Below are positions 1-13,558 of a stretch of 64,000 nucleotides of DNA, in pieces (positions within the stretch are counted from its first letter, which is position 1; the number at the start of each line of letters is the position of its first letter). Source of the DNA: Bacteroidales bacterium (GTDB lineage: Bacteria > Bacteroidota > Bacteroidia > Bacteroidales > UBA932); NCBI GenBank assembly GCA_017617715.1, contig JAFZVQ010000079.1:15484-79483 (forward strand), written 5' to 3'. Under the pieces are notes generated by a model that was not told where the DNA came from, did not search any database, and saw only the letters and a program-made list of their open reading frames with translations. The position numbers and the translations under genes were made by a program.

Positions 1-878
1 GCCATGAAGGTGATATAAGCGGACCTGTCTCCGGTGCGCTGCTTGTTTTTCAGGAACTGCTTGGAAGGTTTCTCCCTGAACAGCCTCATCTTGTAGTCGA
101 CACGCCGCGCTTCGCACATAAGAGTGTCGGTCATGTCGTACTTCAGCATTTCGGGCAGGGTGTCGACGACCCGCACGACGGGGCGTATCAGGGAATCGAC
201 GAATCCCACCTGGTCGGTGTCGGGATCGTAGATATTGTTGGCCGCTTCGTCCTTGATGGCATAGAGGCGGTAAAGGGTATCCGCAAGATAGGGAAGACAG
301 AAATAGCCCCAGTCGTCAGTTTTCACGGACGCATCAGGCCTGTGGAGGAACACGGCGGAATCGGACAGGTCTTTGTAGAGCAGCACTGTGGCGCCCTTGA
401 CGGGTCGCAGGGTGTTGCAGTCCTGGACTACGCCTGTGACCAGCAGGGAATCGATGCGCGGGCCGGTGGAAAACACATATGTGTAGCCCGGAAACATATT
501 GCCTTCATTGTTGTCGGCAATGGCGTCGGTCATGTTCAGGGTGTAGGTGGTGTTGGAATCCAGTGGCTCTTCGAACTGCACGATAAGGAACTTGTCCTTG
601 ATCCTGGTCTTGGGCGCCTTTTCCTGAGGCGGCGACAGATAGATGTTCTTGGCGTTCTTGATGGTCACGTATTCGTCGAAACGGAACACCAGGCGGGTGT
701 TGACGGGCACGTTGACGGTGCCCGGAAGGGGATTGATGCCTATGATGAGGGGCGGAATAGTGTCCTTGAGGCCGCCGGTGGGGGCCTGCGTGGTGTTGGC
801 GCAGGAATGCACGAATATCATCGGCAGGAACACGGCCGCCGAGATAATGACCGGTATTAGCTTCTTCAGTTTCATCAT
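1..878 (-). CDS. Ig-like (Big_5) domain lipoprotein, runs off left edge
   Basis: Manual translation MMKLKKLIPVIISAAVFLPMIFVHSCANTTQAPTGGLKDTIPP...; 'CA..(P)TGG.KDT.PP' is typical of this Bacteroidota family; ATG overlaps the stop of the RSH gene (ATGA). Confidence 0.8.
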   Translation of the reverse strand, partial: MMKLKKLIPVIISAAVFLPMIFVHSCANTTQAPTGGLKDTIPPLIIGINPLPGTVNVPVNTRLVFRFDEYVTIKNAKNIYLSPPQEKAPKTRIKDKFLIVQFEEPLDSNTTYTLNMTDAIADNNEGNMFPGYTYVFSTGPRIDSLLVTGVVQDCNTLRPVKGATVLLYKDLSDSAVFLHRPDASVKTDDWGYFCLPYLADTLYRLYAIKDEAANNIYDPDTDQVGFVDSLIRPVVRVVDTLPEMLKYDMTDTLMCEARRVDYKMRLFREKPSKQFLKNKQRTGDRSAYITFM

Positions 879-2581
879 TCATCACTTATTTCCACGTCCT
901 CTATGCCTTCGATACGCCTGAGGACGTTCTCTATTTCACTTGTCAGTCCGGGCCTGTTGACTCCCCGCAGGACAATGCGGATGGGAAGCTCCGCGGCCTC
1001 GTCGGACTTGTATTCGGAAGGGGCAAGGTATTCCTCGGCGCGTCCGAGTTCATCTGGACTGTTGGCCCGGATGAATTCCAGTATGCAGCGCTTTGCCCGG
1101 CGGGTCTTGAGGAAAGCCAGCCACTCCACCTTAGGACTGGCTTTACGGGCCGTGATTATTTCCACCTGGTCGCCGGCACGCAGCACGCGGGAGAGCGGCG
1201 CCAGTTTCTGGTTCACTTTGGCGGCTATGGCGCTGTTGCCGACATTGGTGTGGACGAAATAAGCGAAATCCAGGGCGGTGGAACCCTTGGGCAGGGTCCT
1301 CTGGTCGCCTTTAGGGGTGAATACCACTATTTCGCTGGTGCCTACCTCGTCCTGGATAATGTCCAGCAGTTCGATGGCGCTGGTGTCGTCGCTGGAAAGG
1401 ATGTCCTTCACCTTGGCCAGCCATGTGTCCACCTGGCTGTCGCTTTCGGACAGGTAGCCGTCGTGCTTGTAGGCCCAGTGGGCGGCAATGCCTTTCTCCG
1501 CTATGTCGTCCATGCGCCTGGAGCGTATCTGCACTTCCACCCAGAAGCCGGTCTTGCTCATAAGGGTGCAGTGGAGGGCTTCATAGCCGTTGCTCTTGGG
1601 ATGCTTTATCCAGTCGCGCTGGCGGTTGGGTTTGTCGCGGTACAGCTTGCCGATGGCGGAGTAGATCAGGTAGGCCTGGTCGCGCTCCTTGTCGGGATCG
1701 CTGGTCGCAGGGTCGAAAATGATGCGTACGGCATAAAGGTCATATATCTGCTCGAAGGGCACATGCTTCGTGCGCATCTTGTACCATATTGAGTAAGGCG
1801 TCTTTATCCTCTTCTTGATTTCGAAGACGTAGCCTTTTTCCCGGAGGGTGTTGCTTATCGGCTCAATGAATTCATCCAGGTCATGTGCCCTCTGGGCAAC
1901 ATCCTTGTCGATGCGTCCGGAAATATCGGCATATTCCTCGGGGTGACGGAAACGAAGCCACAGATTCTCCAGCTCTGACTTGATGGCATAAAGTCCAAGC
2001 CTGTGGGCCAGTGGAATGAAGATGAACATGGCCTGGGACAAGAAGCTTTCCCGCTTCTGCGCAGGAAACTTCTCCAGGTTGCGGCAGAAATGCAGCATCT
2101 CGGCCATCTTGATAAGCACCAGGCGGACGTCGTCCCCCATGGTGAGCAGCACCATCTTCAGGTTTTCAGCCTGTTCGCTTTCGGAATTGCGGCCCACAGA
2201 TCCTGAATTCTCCAGCACCTTGCTGATATTCCGCAGACCCTCGGACAGGCGGGCCGTCTTGTCATCGAACAGGTTACGGATATCATCTACGGTGTAGCTG
2301 GTATTGTCCAGAATACCGAGCAGCAGTGCGGCGCAGATGGAATGGTAGCCGAGTCCTACCTTCTCAACCACGATCCGGGCCACCTGCAGCGGATAGATAA
2401 TAAATGGCATGCCGGAATGAAGCCGGACGCCGTTATGCGCTGTGGCGGCGAGTTCATATGCCTTCTGCACACACGCAAACTGCTCTTCGTCACGGCAGCG
2501 GCGGTGCGCCGGCTCCATCAGGGCATCGCGTTCCCTGAGGATTTCAAGCTGTTCCTTTTCCGTGTAGATATTGGATTTCAT
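875..2581 (-). CDS. relA: RelA/SpoT homolog (synthetase + TGS, degenerate HD hydrolase, short C-terminus)
   Basis: RIKTPYSIWYKM, DLYAVR, GYEALH, EVQIRS, AEKGIAAHWAYK synthetase motifs; TGS VFTPKG..LPKGSTALDFAY. Confidence 0.9.
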   Translation of the reverse strand: MKSNIYTEKEQLEILRERDALMEPAHRRCRDEEQFACVQKAYELAATAHNGVRLHSGMPFIIYPLQVARIVVEKVGLGYHSICAALLLGILDNTSYTVDDIRNLFDDKTARLSEGLRNISKVLENSGSVGRNSESEQAENLKMVLLTMGDDVRLVLIKMAEMLHFCRNLEKFPAQKRESFLSQAMFIFIPLAHRLGLYAIKSELENLWLRFRHPEEYADISGRIDKDVAQRAHDLDEFIEPISNTLREKGYVFEIKKRIKTPYSIWYKMRTKHVPFEQIYDLYAVRIIFDPATSDPDKERDQAYLIYSAIGKLYRDKPNRQRDWIKHPKSNGYEALHCTLMSKTGFWVEVQIRSRRMDDIAEKGIAAHWAYKHDGYLSESDSQVDTWLAKVKDILSSDDTSAIELLDIIQDEVGTSEIVVFTPKGDQRTLPKGSTALDFAYFVHTNVGNSAIAAKVNQKLAPLSRVLRAGDQVEIITARKASPKVEWLAFLKTRRAKRCILEFIRANSPDELGRAEEYLAPSEYKSDEAAELPIRIVLRGVNRPGLTSEIENVLRRIEGIEDVEISDE

Positions 2582-3510
2582 CGCCTGGACGCCTCCTGAA
2601 GACCATAATTGTTAATGTTCTGGAAACTGTATGTGAGTTCCGCACCGTAGATAATAATCTGCCAGCTGAAGTTCAGCCAGATCAGGAACAGGGGTATTGC
2701 GGCAAGCACGCCGTAGACCGTATTGAGACGGGCCACGAAAACCTGGGTCTCCAGATACAGATATTGGAATATGACAAACACCAGCGCTCCGACTGCCGCC
2801 GCCCTGATTGCGTTTTTGTATTTCACCTTGGTGGCAGGGATGAATTTGTACATGGCGCTGAGGGTGAAAGTGGCGACTATGTAAAAACCGATGTAGCCGA
2901 GGAACTGCGGCAGGAATCTCAACTCCGAGAGGTCGAGTCCGAGGAACTTGGTGGCGTTGGAGTAGTAGGCGATACCGGAGCTGAACAGGATGGCGATAAA
3001 AGGAGTCAGCAGCAACACCAGGAAATAGAAGCCGAAACGGGTGTAGAGCTTGCGTGGTATCTTCCTGATGCCCCACACGTTGTTGAAAACCCTTTCCACC
3101 TGGAACATCATCCAGAGGATTGCCCAGAGGAACATGAGGGCCGAGATGATGCCCACGCCGCCGCTCTTGGCAATGTCGATAATATTGCCGGCCTTCTCCT
3201 TGATCAGGTTCAGCAGGTCGGGATCAACGTTGCCTGCCATTGTGAGCAGCAAGTTGTCCAGAAATCCGGAGAGACCAAGGCCGCCGGTGACTGCAAACAC
3301 GAAGGCGAGCAGGGGAATCAGGGACAGGGTCATGAAATAACTCAGGGCCACGCACTGGAACCCCATACGGTTTTCCGCGAAGGTGTTTATGGTGATTCTT
3401 ATCAGTTTGACGAAATTGATCAGGCGCGCATATCCCTTGGACACCATGGATACTCTCTCGGTGTCTATGGACCATATACGGTCGGTGAACAGATTCCTAA
3501 TCCTTCCCAT
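2578..3510 (-). CDS. YihY/virulence factor BrkB family membrane protein
   Basis: ALSYFMTLSLIP, VERVFNNVW, YGVLAAIPLFLIWL..SWQIIIYGAEL; multiple TM helices. Confidence 0.9.
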   Translation of the reverse strand: MGRIRNLFTDRIWSIDTERVSMVSKGYARLINFVKLIRITINTFAENRMGFQCVALSYFMTLSLIPLLAFVFAVTGGLGLSGFLDNLLLTMAGNVDPDLLNLIKEKAGNIIDIAKSGGVGIISALMFLWAILWMMFQVERVFNNVWGIRKIPRKLYTRFGFYFLVLLLTPFIAILFSSGIAYYSNATKFLGLDLSELRFLPQFLGYIGFYIVATFTLSAMYKFIPATKVKYKNAIRAAAVGALVFVIFQYLYLETQVFVARLNTVYGVLAAIPLFLIWLNFSWQIIIYGAELTYSFQNINNYGLQEASRR

Positions 3511-3511
3511 T

Positions 3512-6917
<3,406 letters not shown>

Positions 6918-6933
6918 CGACCGGGCTGACAGG

Positions 6934-6972
6934 CAACAAAAAAAAGAGGCTGCGAGGCCTCTTTTTTTGTTG
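6934..6972. terminator. Bidirectional intrinsic terminator
   Basis: caacaaaaaaaagaggc-tgcgag-gcctctttttttgttg between convergent genes. Confidence 0.85.
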
Positions 6973-6988
6973 GACAATGGGGGAGAAT

Positions 6989-7321
6989 CTAGTCGAGCTC
7001 CTCAACGATTTCAGCTTCGGGGGCGTTCTTCTGGACGGAGGCGATGCCTGCGTTCATGGTGCGCTCGGAAGCGTACATCTGGCTGCTGCCGATGACCTGG
7101 CCGTTGGAGGCCTTCAGGTTGAAGAAAGGCTTGCCGTTCTTGGCAACCTTCACCTCGAAGCGACCCTCGATGGGGGCGTTCTTCTTCACGGACTCGATGC
7201 CGTTGATGCAGGCGGCCTTGGTGTTGTAGCCTTCGCTGGTGAGAATGACCTGGCCGTTGGTGGCCTTCAGGTTAAACTGGAATTCTCCGTTCTTTCTGAG
7301 AGTGATAACAAACTTTCCCAT
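6989..7321 (-). CDS. YegP/DUF1508 family protein
   Basis: Two repeats of F.LKA.NGQVI..S..Y...GI.SV.KNAP. Confidence 0.93.
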   Translation of the reverse strand: MGKFVITLRKNGEFQFNLKATNGQVILTSEGYNTKAACINGIESVKKNAPIEGRFEVKVAKNGKPFFNLKASNGQVIGSSQMYASERTMNAGIASVQKNAPEAEIVEELD

Positions 7322-7395
7322 TTCTGAATTATTAAAAATGTATTTTCGCAAACTTAATAATTTATTGTTAAATTTGCAATAATAATCCGAAACTT

Positions 7396-8103
7396 ATGTT
7401 GACCAACGCCGAAATCAAGCGTATCAAGTCGTTGAAAGAGAAGAAGTTCCGTGACGAATTCGGACAGTTCGTCGTGGAGGGTGAAAAGCTTGTGGAGGAA
7501 GCTCTTTCGTCCGGTTTCCGGGTTCTTGCCGTCTACAGGGAAGAAGAAGTGGGGAAGGAAGCCATGGAGAGGATGTCCCATCTGACCAGTCCTTCCCCTG
7601 TGCTTGCCCTGGTCGAAAAGCCGGCTCCGAAAGGGGTTGTCCTCGAGCGCGGTCTCTACATAGGTCTTGACGCAATCCGGGATCCCGGCAATTTCGGCAC
7701 CATACTGCGTCTAACGGACTGGTTCGGCATCTCCACCGTTTTCGCGTCTATGGATTGCGTGGAGGTGTTCAACCCCAAGGTGGTCCAGGCATCCATGGGA
7801 TCCGTTTTCCGTGTAGAGGTCCTATACTGCGACCTTCCGGACATCTGCAGGCGCTTCAGGAGAATGGACCTTCCCGTCTACGGTACATTCCTCGACGGGA
7901 GCGACATTTATGAGCAGAGCCTTGCCGACGAAGGGCTCATATTGTTCGGCAACGAAGCCAACGGCATCGGGCCGGAGGCGGCGGCGGAAGTGAGTTCGCG
8001 CATACTTATACCGTCTTATAAGCAGGGCCCCACTGCGGAATCCCTGAACGTTGCCACTGCAACGGCAATTGTTTTGTCCGAATTCAGAAGACGCTGCCGA
8101 TGA
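7396..8103 (+). CDS. TrmH/SpoU family RNA methyltransferase
   Basis: DPGNFGTILR, FGNEANGI, ESLNVATA SPOUT motifs; TAAATTTG promoter just upstream. Confidence 0.93.
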   Translation: MLTNAEIKRIKSLKEKKFRDEFGQFVVEGEKLVEEALSSGFRVLAVYREEEVGKEAMERMSHLTSPSPVLALVEKPAPKGVVLERGLYIGLDAIRDPGNFGTILRLTDWFGISTVFASMDCVEVFNPKVVQASMGSVFRVEVLYCDLPDICRRFRRMDLPVYGTFLDGSDIYEQSLADEGLILFGNEANGIGPEAAAEVSSRILIPSYKQGPTAESLNVATATAIVLSEFRRRCR

Positions 8104-10247
8104 GAAAGAGCCGCCTTGCCATTGCCTTGATCTGCCTGGGCGCCATCAGCGCCTGCAGCACCACCCGCGTGCTCCGCGAGGGGGAGTACCGCCTTGCGTC
8201 CAACAAGGTGGTCATTGAAGGCAAGGAAAAGGGCCTTTCTTCGAGCGACGTGTCTTCCTACGTAAGGCAGCCGGCCAACTCATATTTCATCTTCGGCTGG
8301 AGCCCGAAACTGAACATCTACAACTGGTCCGACCCCGACAAGGACGACTGGCTCAACCGCTCCCTGCGCAACGTGGGCGTGGCTCCGGTGGTCTTCAACG
8401 GCTACCAGGTGGGCAGCTCCTGCGAAAACATACGCAAGCACCTTGACTATCTGGGATATTATAATTCTACTGTCAGCTCAAGGATAGACACCACAGGACG
8501 CCTCGTGAACGTGACTTATTTCGTCAGCCCCGGCAAGCGCTGCCGCATCGACAGCATAGTGTACAAGGTGCCGGAAGGGGAGTTCGCCGATGAATTCAAG
8601 TTCGACCTTCCCCGTGTCACCGTGCATGAAGGCGATTTCCTCTCCGAAAAGTCGCTCGAAGCCGAGAGCGTGCGCAGCGCGACATTCTTCCGCAACCGTG
8701 GCTACTACGACCTCAGCAAGTACAACTACTTCTTTGAAGCCGACACCCTCGGGCCCCGTAACATACTGACCTACGAAATCCGCAACTACACCCGTAACGA
8801 GCCCGAGAACAATACGTCACGCCTTCTGAAATACCATATCGGCGACGTGACCATCAGCCTCTCCGAAGACGTGCCGTTCCGGGAGGGGGTGCTACGCAAG
8901 CTCAACCTGATTTCTCCGGGCAAGACATACAGCGAGCGCCTGGTCAACACCACCTACAACCGCCTCACGTCGCTGCGCCTTTTCAATAATGTGGGAATAG
9001 AAATGGTGCCGGTGGACAGCTCGACCGTGGACTGCCACATAACCATGGGTGAATCCAAACGCCGTGGCGTCAAACTCAACCTGGACGCCAGCACCAACTC
9101 CAACGGACTCGTGGGCATTTCCCCCAACATCAGTTTCTACGACAAGAATATCTTCCACGGCGGAGAGTGGCTTTCCCTGGGCTTCAGCGGCAATTTCCAG
9201 TGGATTCCCGGCACCACCACCAAGGCAAACGAATTCGGTGCCAGCGTGGGCCTGAATTTCCCGCGTTTCGTGGGCTTGCCTATCAGTGTGTTCAAAGGCA
9301 GCAATATACCCCGCACGGAACTGCTTGCTTCGGTCAATTACCAGAACCGTCCAGAGTTCATACGTTTCATCACCAACCTCTCCTACGGATACACCGGGCA
9401 GAGCCGCAACTTCTACTACCAGCTCTATCCGCTCAGGGTATCCGTGGTGAAAATCAACGGGATGAGTGATGATTTCCTGCTGCTTCTGCTGAGAAACATG
9501 TATCTCTGGGACAGTTTCTACGACCATCTTGACGCCGGCATAGGCGGCCAGTTGTACTGGACCTCCAACGCTGACATCGTGCCTAAGACAGCCTACCAGT
9601 ATGTCCGTTTCGGATTCGATCTTTCCGGCAACGTCATCCACCTGTTCGATAAATGGCTGCCCGTGGACGAATATGGTGATCTTACGGTTTTCGGGCTTGC
9701 ATACACTCGTTATGCGAAAGCGGACCTTCAGCTCGGCAAGGTGTTCCGCTTTTCTCCCGGCTCTGCGCTCGCCCTGCACCTTGCCACAGGCATAGGCACC
9801 GGGATAGGCAACAGTTCTATTCCGTTTGAAAAGCAGTTCTACGTGGGCGGCGCAAGCAGTATGCGCGGCTGGCAGGTGCGTGCCCTCGGCCCCGGCGGCG
9901 ACGAGTTGATGGATTTGTTCACCATCCCGAGCCAGACCGGTGACTGGAAACTGGAGCTTGATATTGAATACCGCCAGAAACTGTTCTGGAAATTCGAGGC
10001 TGCCCTCTTTGCGGAAGCCGGCAACGTGTGGATGCTGGAGGAGCAATATGACAACTGGCCGTCCACAATAGCGGCAGACTGGGGTCTTGGCCTGCGGCTC
10101 AACCTGGACTTCATGCTCCTTCGTCTCGACTGGGGCCTTAAGCTTTATGAGCCAAGCAGGGAAGCCGGCCAGCGCATGCTCTCGCCCGACCAGTGGTTCG
10201 GCCGCAACGGTTCGGCAATTCATTTCGGTGTCGGATATCCTTTCTGA
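8100..10247 (+). CDS. BamA/TamA (TamL-like) outer-membrane lipoprotein
   Basis: Lipobox ISAC, POTRA-like region, FYVGGASSMRGW, RLDWG, C-terminal GYPF. Confidence 0.9.
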   Translation: MRKSRLAIALICLGAISACSTTRVLREGEYRLASNKVVIEGKEKGLSSSDVSSYVRQPANSYFIFGWSPKLNIYNWSDPDKDDWLNRSLRNVGVAPVVFNGYQVGSSCENIRKHLDYLGYYNSTVSSRIDTTGRLVNVTYFVSPGKRCRIDSIVYKVPEGEFADEFKFDLPRVTVHEGDFLSEKSLEAESVRSATFFRNRGYYDLSKYNYFFEADTLGPRNILTYEIRNYTRNEPENNTSRLLKYHIGDVTISLSEDVPFREGVLRKLNLISPGKTYSERLVNTTYNRLTSLRLFNNVGIEMVPVDSSTVDCHITMGESKRRGVKLNLDASTNSNGLVGISPNISFYDKNIFHGGEWLSLGFSGNFQWIPGTTTKANEFGASVGLNFPRFVGLPISVFKGSNIPRTELLASVNYQNRPEFIRFITNLSYGYTGQSRNFYYQLYPLRVSVVKINGMSDDFLLLLLRNMYLWDSFYDHLDAGIGGQLYWTSNADIVPKTAYQYVRFGFDLSGNVIHLFDKWLPVDEYGDLTVFGLAYTRYAKADLQLGKVFRFSPGSALALHLATGIGTGIGNSSIPFEKQFYVGGASSMRGWQVRALGPGGDELMDLFTIPSQTGDWKLELDIEYRQKLFWKFEAALFAEAGNVWMLEEQYDNWPSTIAADWGLGLRLNLDFMLLRLDWGLKLYEPSREAGQRMLSPDQWFGRNGSAIHFGVGYPF

Positions 10248-11554
10248 TGGGCAAGGGCATGATCATATACCAGGTACTGACCCGCCTTTGGGGCGAAGGA
10301 AGATTCTCCTCCTGGGACCAGGCATCGTTTGATTATCTCCGCTCGCTCGGAATCGATTACATTTGGTACACGGGGATTCCGCGGCACGCTTCAGGCAAGG
10401 ATTTCGTCAAGGGCGATCCCGGCTCGCCGTACGCAATCAGCGACTGGTACGATGTCAATCCCTATCTTGCAGACAGGAAGGGCAGCAGGATGAAAGAATT
10501 TGAGGCGCTCGTGGGCAGGACCCACAAAGCCGGCTTCCGCTGCCTGATTGATTTTATCCCCAACCACGTTGCCTGCGATTATAGCGGCGCCCTTGCCGTC
10601 CACGACTGGTGCGACGGCGACTGGACCGACACCCGGAAGGTGGACTGGTCAGCCCCATCCACAAAGGAAGAATTCATCCGTGTGCTGAAATTCTGGGCCT
10701 CGAAGGGCGTGGACGGCTTCCGCTGCGATATGGTGGAGCTTGTGCCCTCTGATGCGTTGGGGGAAGTGATAGCCGAAGTGCGCAAGGATTATCCCGGCCT
10801 GCTCTTCGTTGCCGAAGTATATGGGCGCGAGAACTATGCCCGCTATCTGGATGAAGCAGGATTCGACCTGCTCTATGATAAGTCCGGCAGCTACGATATC
10901 CTGCGCGGTATTCTTGACGGCAGTCACTCCGCCCGCGAACTGACATGGAACTGGCAGTCGCTGGGGCAGAGGCAGGGGAGTATGCTGAATTTCCTGGAGA
11001 ACCACGATGAGCAGCGTCTCGCGTCCGATGCTTTCGCAGGAAGCCCCGGACGAGCATGGGCGGCGTTAGCTTATTCGATGCTTTTCAACGATGCTTCGTT
11101 CATGTTATATGCCGGGCAGGAGCTCGGAGAGAACGCCTCTGAAAGCGGCGACGGCCGTACTTCCATTTTCTATTGGTGCGAGCCGGCGAGCCTCAGGCAT
11201 ATCTGGACGCTGATCCATGATGGCAAAGGAGCGGGGATGCAGGAAAGGAGCATTCTGGCGGCATACAGGCGGCTTTGCAGCCTGAAACAAAGGATTGCAG
11301 GCAGCATGAACTGGGATCTCTGCTATTGCAATGAGGATGCACCGGGATTCAATCCCGACACCATGACGGCCTTTGTGCGCTTCGAAAGACGTAGGGCATT
11401 ACTGGTGTTCTGCAATTTTTCGAATTCTGATGCCGCTTCGCTCCTGACAATTCCCTTCGAGCTACGGGACGCTGCCGGCATCACGGCTGAAACCGTGCAG
11501 GTCAGCGCCGCGCCTTGGGGCTTTACACTTATGAAATTGAATGTAACTAAATAA
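10247..11554 (+). CDS. GH13 alpha-amylase family protein
   Basis: DFIPNH, GVDGFRCD, AEVY, FLENHDE. Confidence 0.9.
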   Translation: MGKGMIIYQVLTRLWGEGRFSSWDQASFDYLRSLGIDYIWYTGIPRHASGKDFVKGDPGSPYAISDWYDVNPYLADRKGSRMKEFEALVGRTHKAGFRCLIDFIPNHVACDYSGALAVHDWCDGDWTDTRKVDWSAPSTKEEFIRVLKFWASKGVDGFRCDMVELVPSDALGEVIAEVRKDYPGLLFVAEVYGRENYARYLDEAGFDLLYDKSGSYDILRGILDGSHSARELTWNWQSLGQRQGSMLNFLENHDEQRLASDAFAGSPGRAWAALAYSMLFNDASFMLYAGQELGENASESGDGRTSIFYWCEPASLRHIWTLIHDGKGAGMQERSILAAYRRLCSLKQRIAGSMNWDLCYCNEDAPGFNPDTMTAFVRFERRRALLVFCNFSNSDAASLLTIPFELRDAAGITAETVQVSAAPWGFTLMKLNVTK

Positions 11555-11562
11555 CTGACAAA

Positions 11563-12615
11563 ATGGCTAAAGTAATCACTATCATCGGCTCCGGAATGAT
11601 GGGTTCCGCCCTCGCTTTTCCGGCCCGCGAAAATGGCAATGAAGTCCGCCTCGTAGGTACGCATCTCGACAAGGAAATCATCGACAATTGCAAGAAGAAC
11701 AACCAGCACCTGAAATTCGACAGGCCTTTCCCCGAAGGCGTAAAGTATTATTATATTGAAGATTGGAAAGAGGCCGCAAAGGGCGCTGATTTCATCATCG
11801 GTGGAGTTAGCTCATTTGGCGTGGACTGGTTCCTCGAGCACATTCTCTCGGAGCTTGACCCTTCCGTGCCGGTGCTTTCCGTGACCAAAGGTCTCATCAA
11901 CCTTGAGGACGGCACCCTCATTTCCTATCCTGAATACTGGAAGCGGGAGCTCGCCAAGAAAGGCATCAACCGCGAAATCTGCGCAATTGGTGGTCCCTGC
12001 ACCAGCTATGAGCTCGTGTTCCACGACCAGAGCGAAGTGGCATTCTGCGGCAAAGATACCGCCACCCTTAAGATGATGAAGGCGGCCATGCAGACCTCCT
12101 ACTATCATATTTCCCTGACCAACGATGTGGAAGGCCTCGAAAGCGCGGTGGCTCTTAAGAACGGCTACGCCCTTGCCGTGGCTATGACCATCGGCCTGGT
12201 GAACCGCCACCACGGACCCGACGCCGGGCTTCATTACAACTCCCAGGCGGCCGCTTTCTACCAGGCGGTGAAAGAGATGCGTTACCTGCTTGAGATGCAG
12301 GGCGCAAGCCGCGACTGCGAGAATATCGGCATCGGCGACCTCTACGTGACCGTCTATGGCGGCCGCACCCGCAAGGTCGGTATCCTTCTGGGCGAAGGAA
12401 AGACCTATGAGGAGGCCCTCGAGATACTTGCCGGCGTGACCCTTGAGAGCCTCGTCGTCTCTCGCCGCGTCTATAAGGCCATGGTACGCAAGGCCGAGCT
12501 TGGCAAGGCCGACTTAAGCCTCTATCCCATGCTCTGCCACGCCGCCGCCGTGCTCGACGAAGGCAAAGACGCCGAACTCCCCTGGGAATCCTTCACCTTC
12601 GACGAAACGAAATAA
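11563..12615 (+). CDS. gpsA: NAD(P)H-dependent glycerol-3-phosphate dehydrogenase family
   Basis: GSGMMGSALA Rossmann motif, VTKG, ALKN, GIGDLYVT..GGR. Confidence 0.8.
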   Translation: MAKVITIIGSGMMGSALAFPARENGNEVRLVGTHLDKEIIDNCKKNNQHLKFDRPFPEGVKYYYIEDWKEAAKGADFIIGGVSSFGVDWFLEHILSELDPSVPVLSVTKGLINLEDGTLISYPEYWKRELAKKGINREICAIGGPCTSYELVFHDQSEVAFCGKDTATLKMMKAAMQTSYYHISLTNDVEGLESAVALKNGYALAVAMTIGLVNRHHGPDAGLHYNSQAAAFYQAVKEMRYLLEMQGASRDCENIGIGDLYVTVYGGRTRKVGILLGEGKTYEEALEILAGVTLESLVVSRRVYKAMVRKAELGKADLSLYPMLCHAAAVLDEGKDAELPWESFTFDETK

Positions 12616-12635
12616 CCCGACGAGGATCTGTCGCC

Positions 12636-12703
12636 CCTTTTGTCATCCTGAGCGAAGCGAAGGATCTGTTCCCATGTCATTCCGACCGAAGTGGAGGAAT
12701 CTC
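12636..12703 (+). repeat. REP-like doublet (GTCATCCTGAGCGAAGCGAAGGATCT family), left border of island
   Basis: tgtcatcctgagcgaagcgaaggatct followed by degenerate tgtcattccgaccgaagtggaggaatct; 12636-12673 matches the reverse complement of 18324-18361 at 37/38 nt. Confidence 0.85.
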
Positions 12704-12901
12704 TGCCTCCATCGGCTGAAGCCGGGACCAGGATTTATTGTTTTGGTCCCAGAAGACGGAATATGAAGTCGCAATGGACCAAACTCGATAATATTGGTCC
12801 CGCGAGTAACGAAACAACTCATCCTACCTTTCCCGAAGGTCCTTTCCCCGACACCTTCAGTCTTGAAAAGCCGCCAGACTATCAAACCGAGCGTTCTTAG
12901 G

Positions 12902-13546
12902 CTAAACCTGAATGGTCAGAAACTTGAATTGATCATTATTCAGTTGGGAATAATCAATCCATTCAGGGACTTTATAGGATTTGGTCAAAGAGAGCCCCGG
13001 ATAATTAGCTTTCCCTGCCACATAATTTGGATTATTATGAGATTTACTTGGTATATTAACCCAGTGAACATTTTGCACACAATTTCCTGTATGTATTTTG
13101 AATTGTCTATCTATAGTATTACACTGACGACTATTAGGAACAGTCCAATATGCTGGATCATTTGTGAGAATTACAACGTACCCTTCCATAATCTTTTCCT
13201 CAGGAAGGAACATATTCTTTATATTCTCTATTCTCCATACATCTTCCCAGAACTCATATCTGCCTAAATCATGTGCATTTTGATCTTTCAACGTGATGAT
13301 GTCACCTAATAACCCCGTACAGCTAAAAGCTTTTGTTCTGTACTTTAATTCTATTGGATAAAAAGCACCTTGGTCTTCCAGAATAATATCAATATGATCT
13401 CCATTTATAGGATACTCCAAATAGGCAGTATAACTTCTAGAAACAAGCGAACTTGCTAGATAGTGCTGAAAATCAGCCTCGGAGTAGAAATAGGGCCTTG
13501 TTGCAGCCATTTTACCGATGATATCGTTTAGAGTGTTAACATTCAT
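12902..13546 (-). CDS. Hypothetical protein, PD-(D/E)XK nuclease-like
   Basis: SEADFQ...LEYP...HIDI...IELKY resembles the E..D..ExK restriction-like fold; AT-rich. Confidence 0.6.
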   Translation of the reverse strand: MNVNTLNDIIGKMAATRPYFYSEADFQHYLASSLVSRSYTAYLEYPINGDHIDIILEDQGAFYPIELKYRTKAFSCTGLLGDIITLKDQNAHDLGRYEFWEDVWRIENIKNMFLPEEKIMEGYVVILTNDPAYWTVPNSRQCNTIDRQFKIHTGNCVQNVHWVNIPSKSHNNPNYVAGKANYPGLSLTKSYKVPEWIDYSQLNNDQFKFLTIQV

Positions 13547-13558
13547 AATCTTATGCTC

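Noticed and set aside
12643-12900. Short ORFs 12643-12885 and 12691-12900
   Set aside because: Overlap REP units and palindromes; no recognisable protein features
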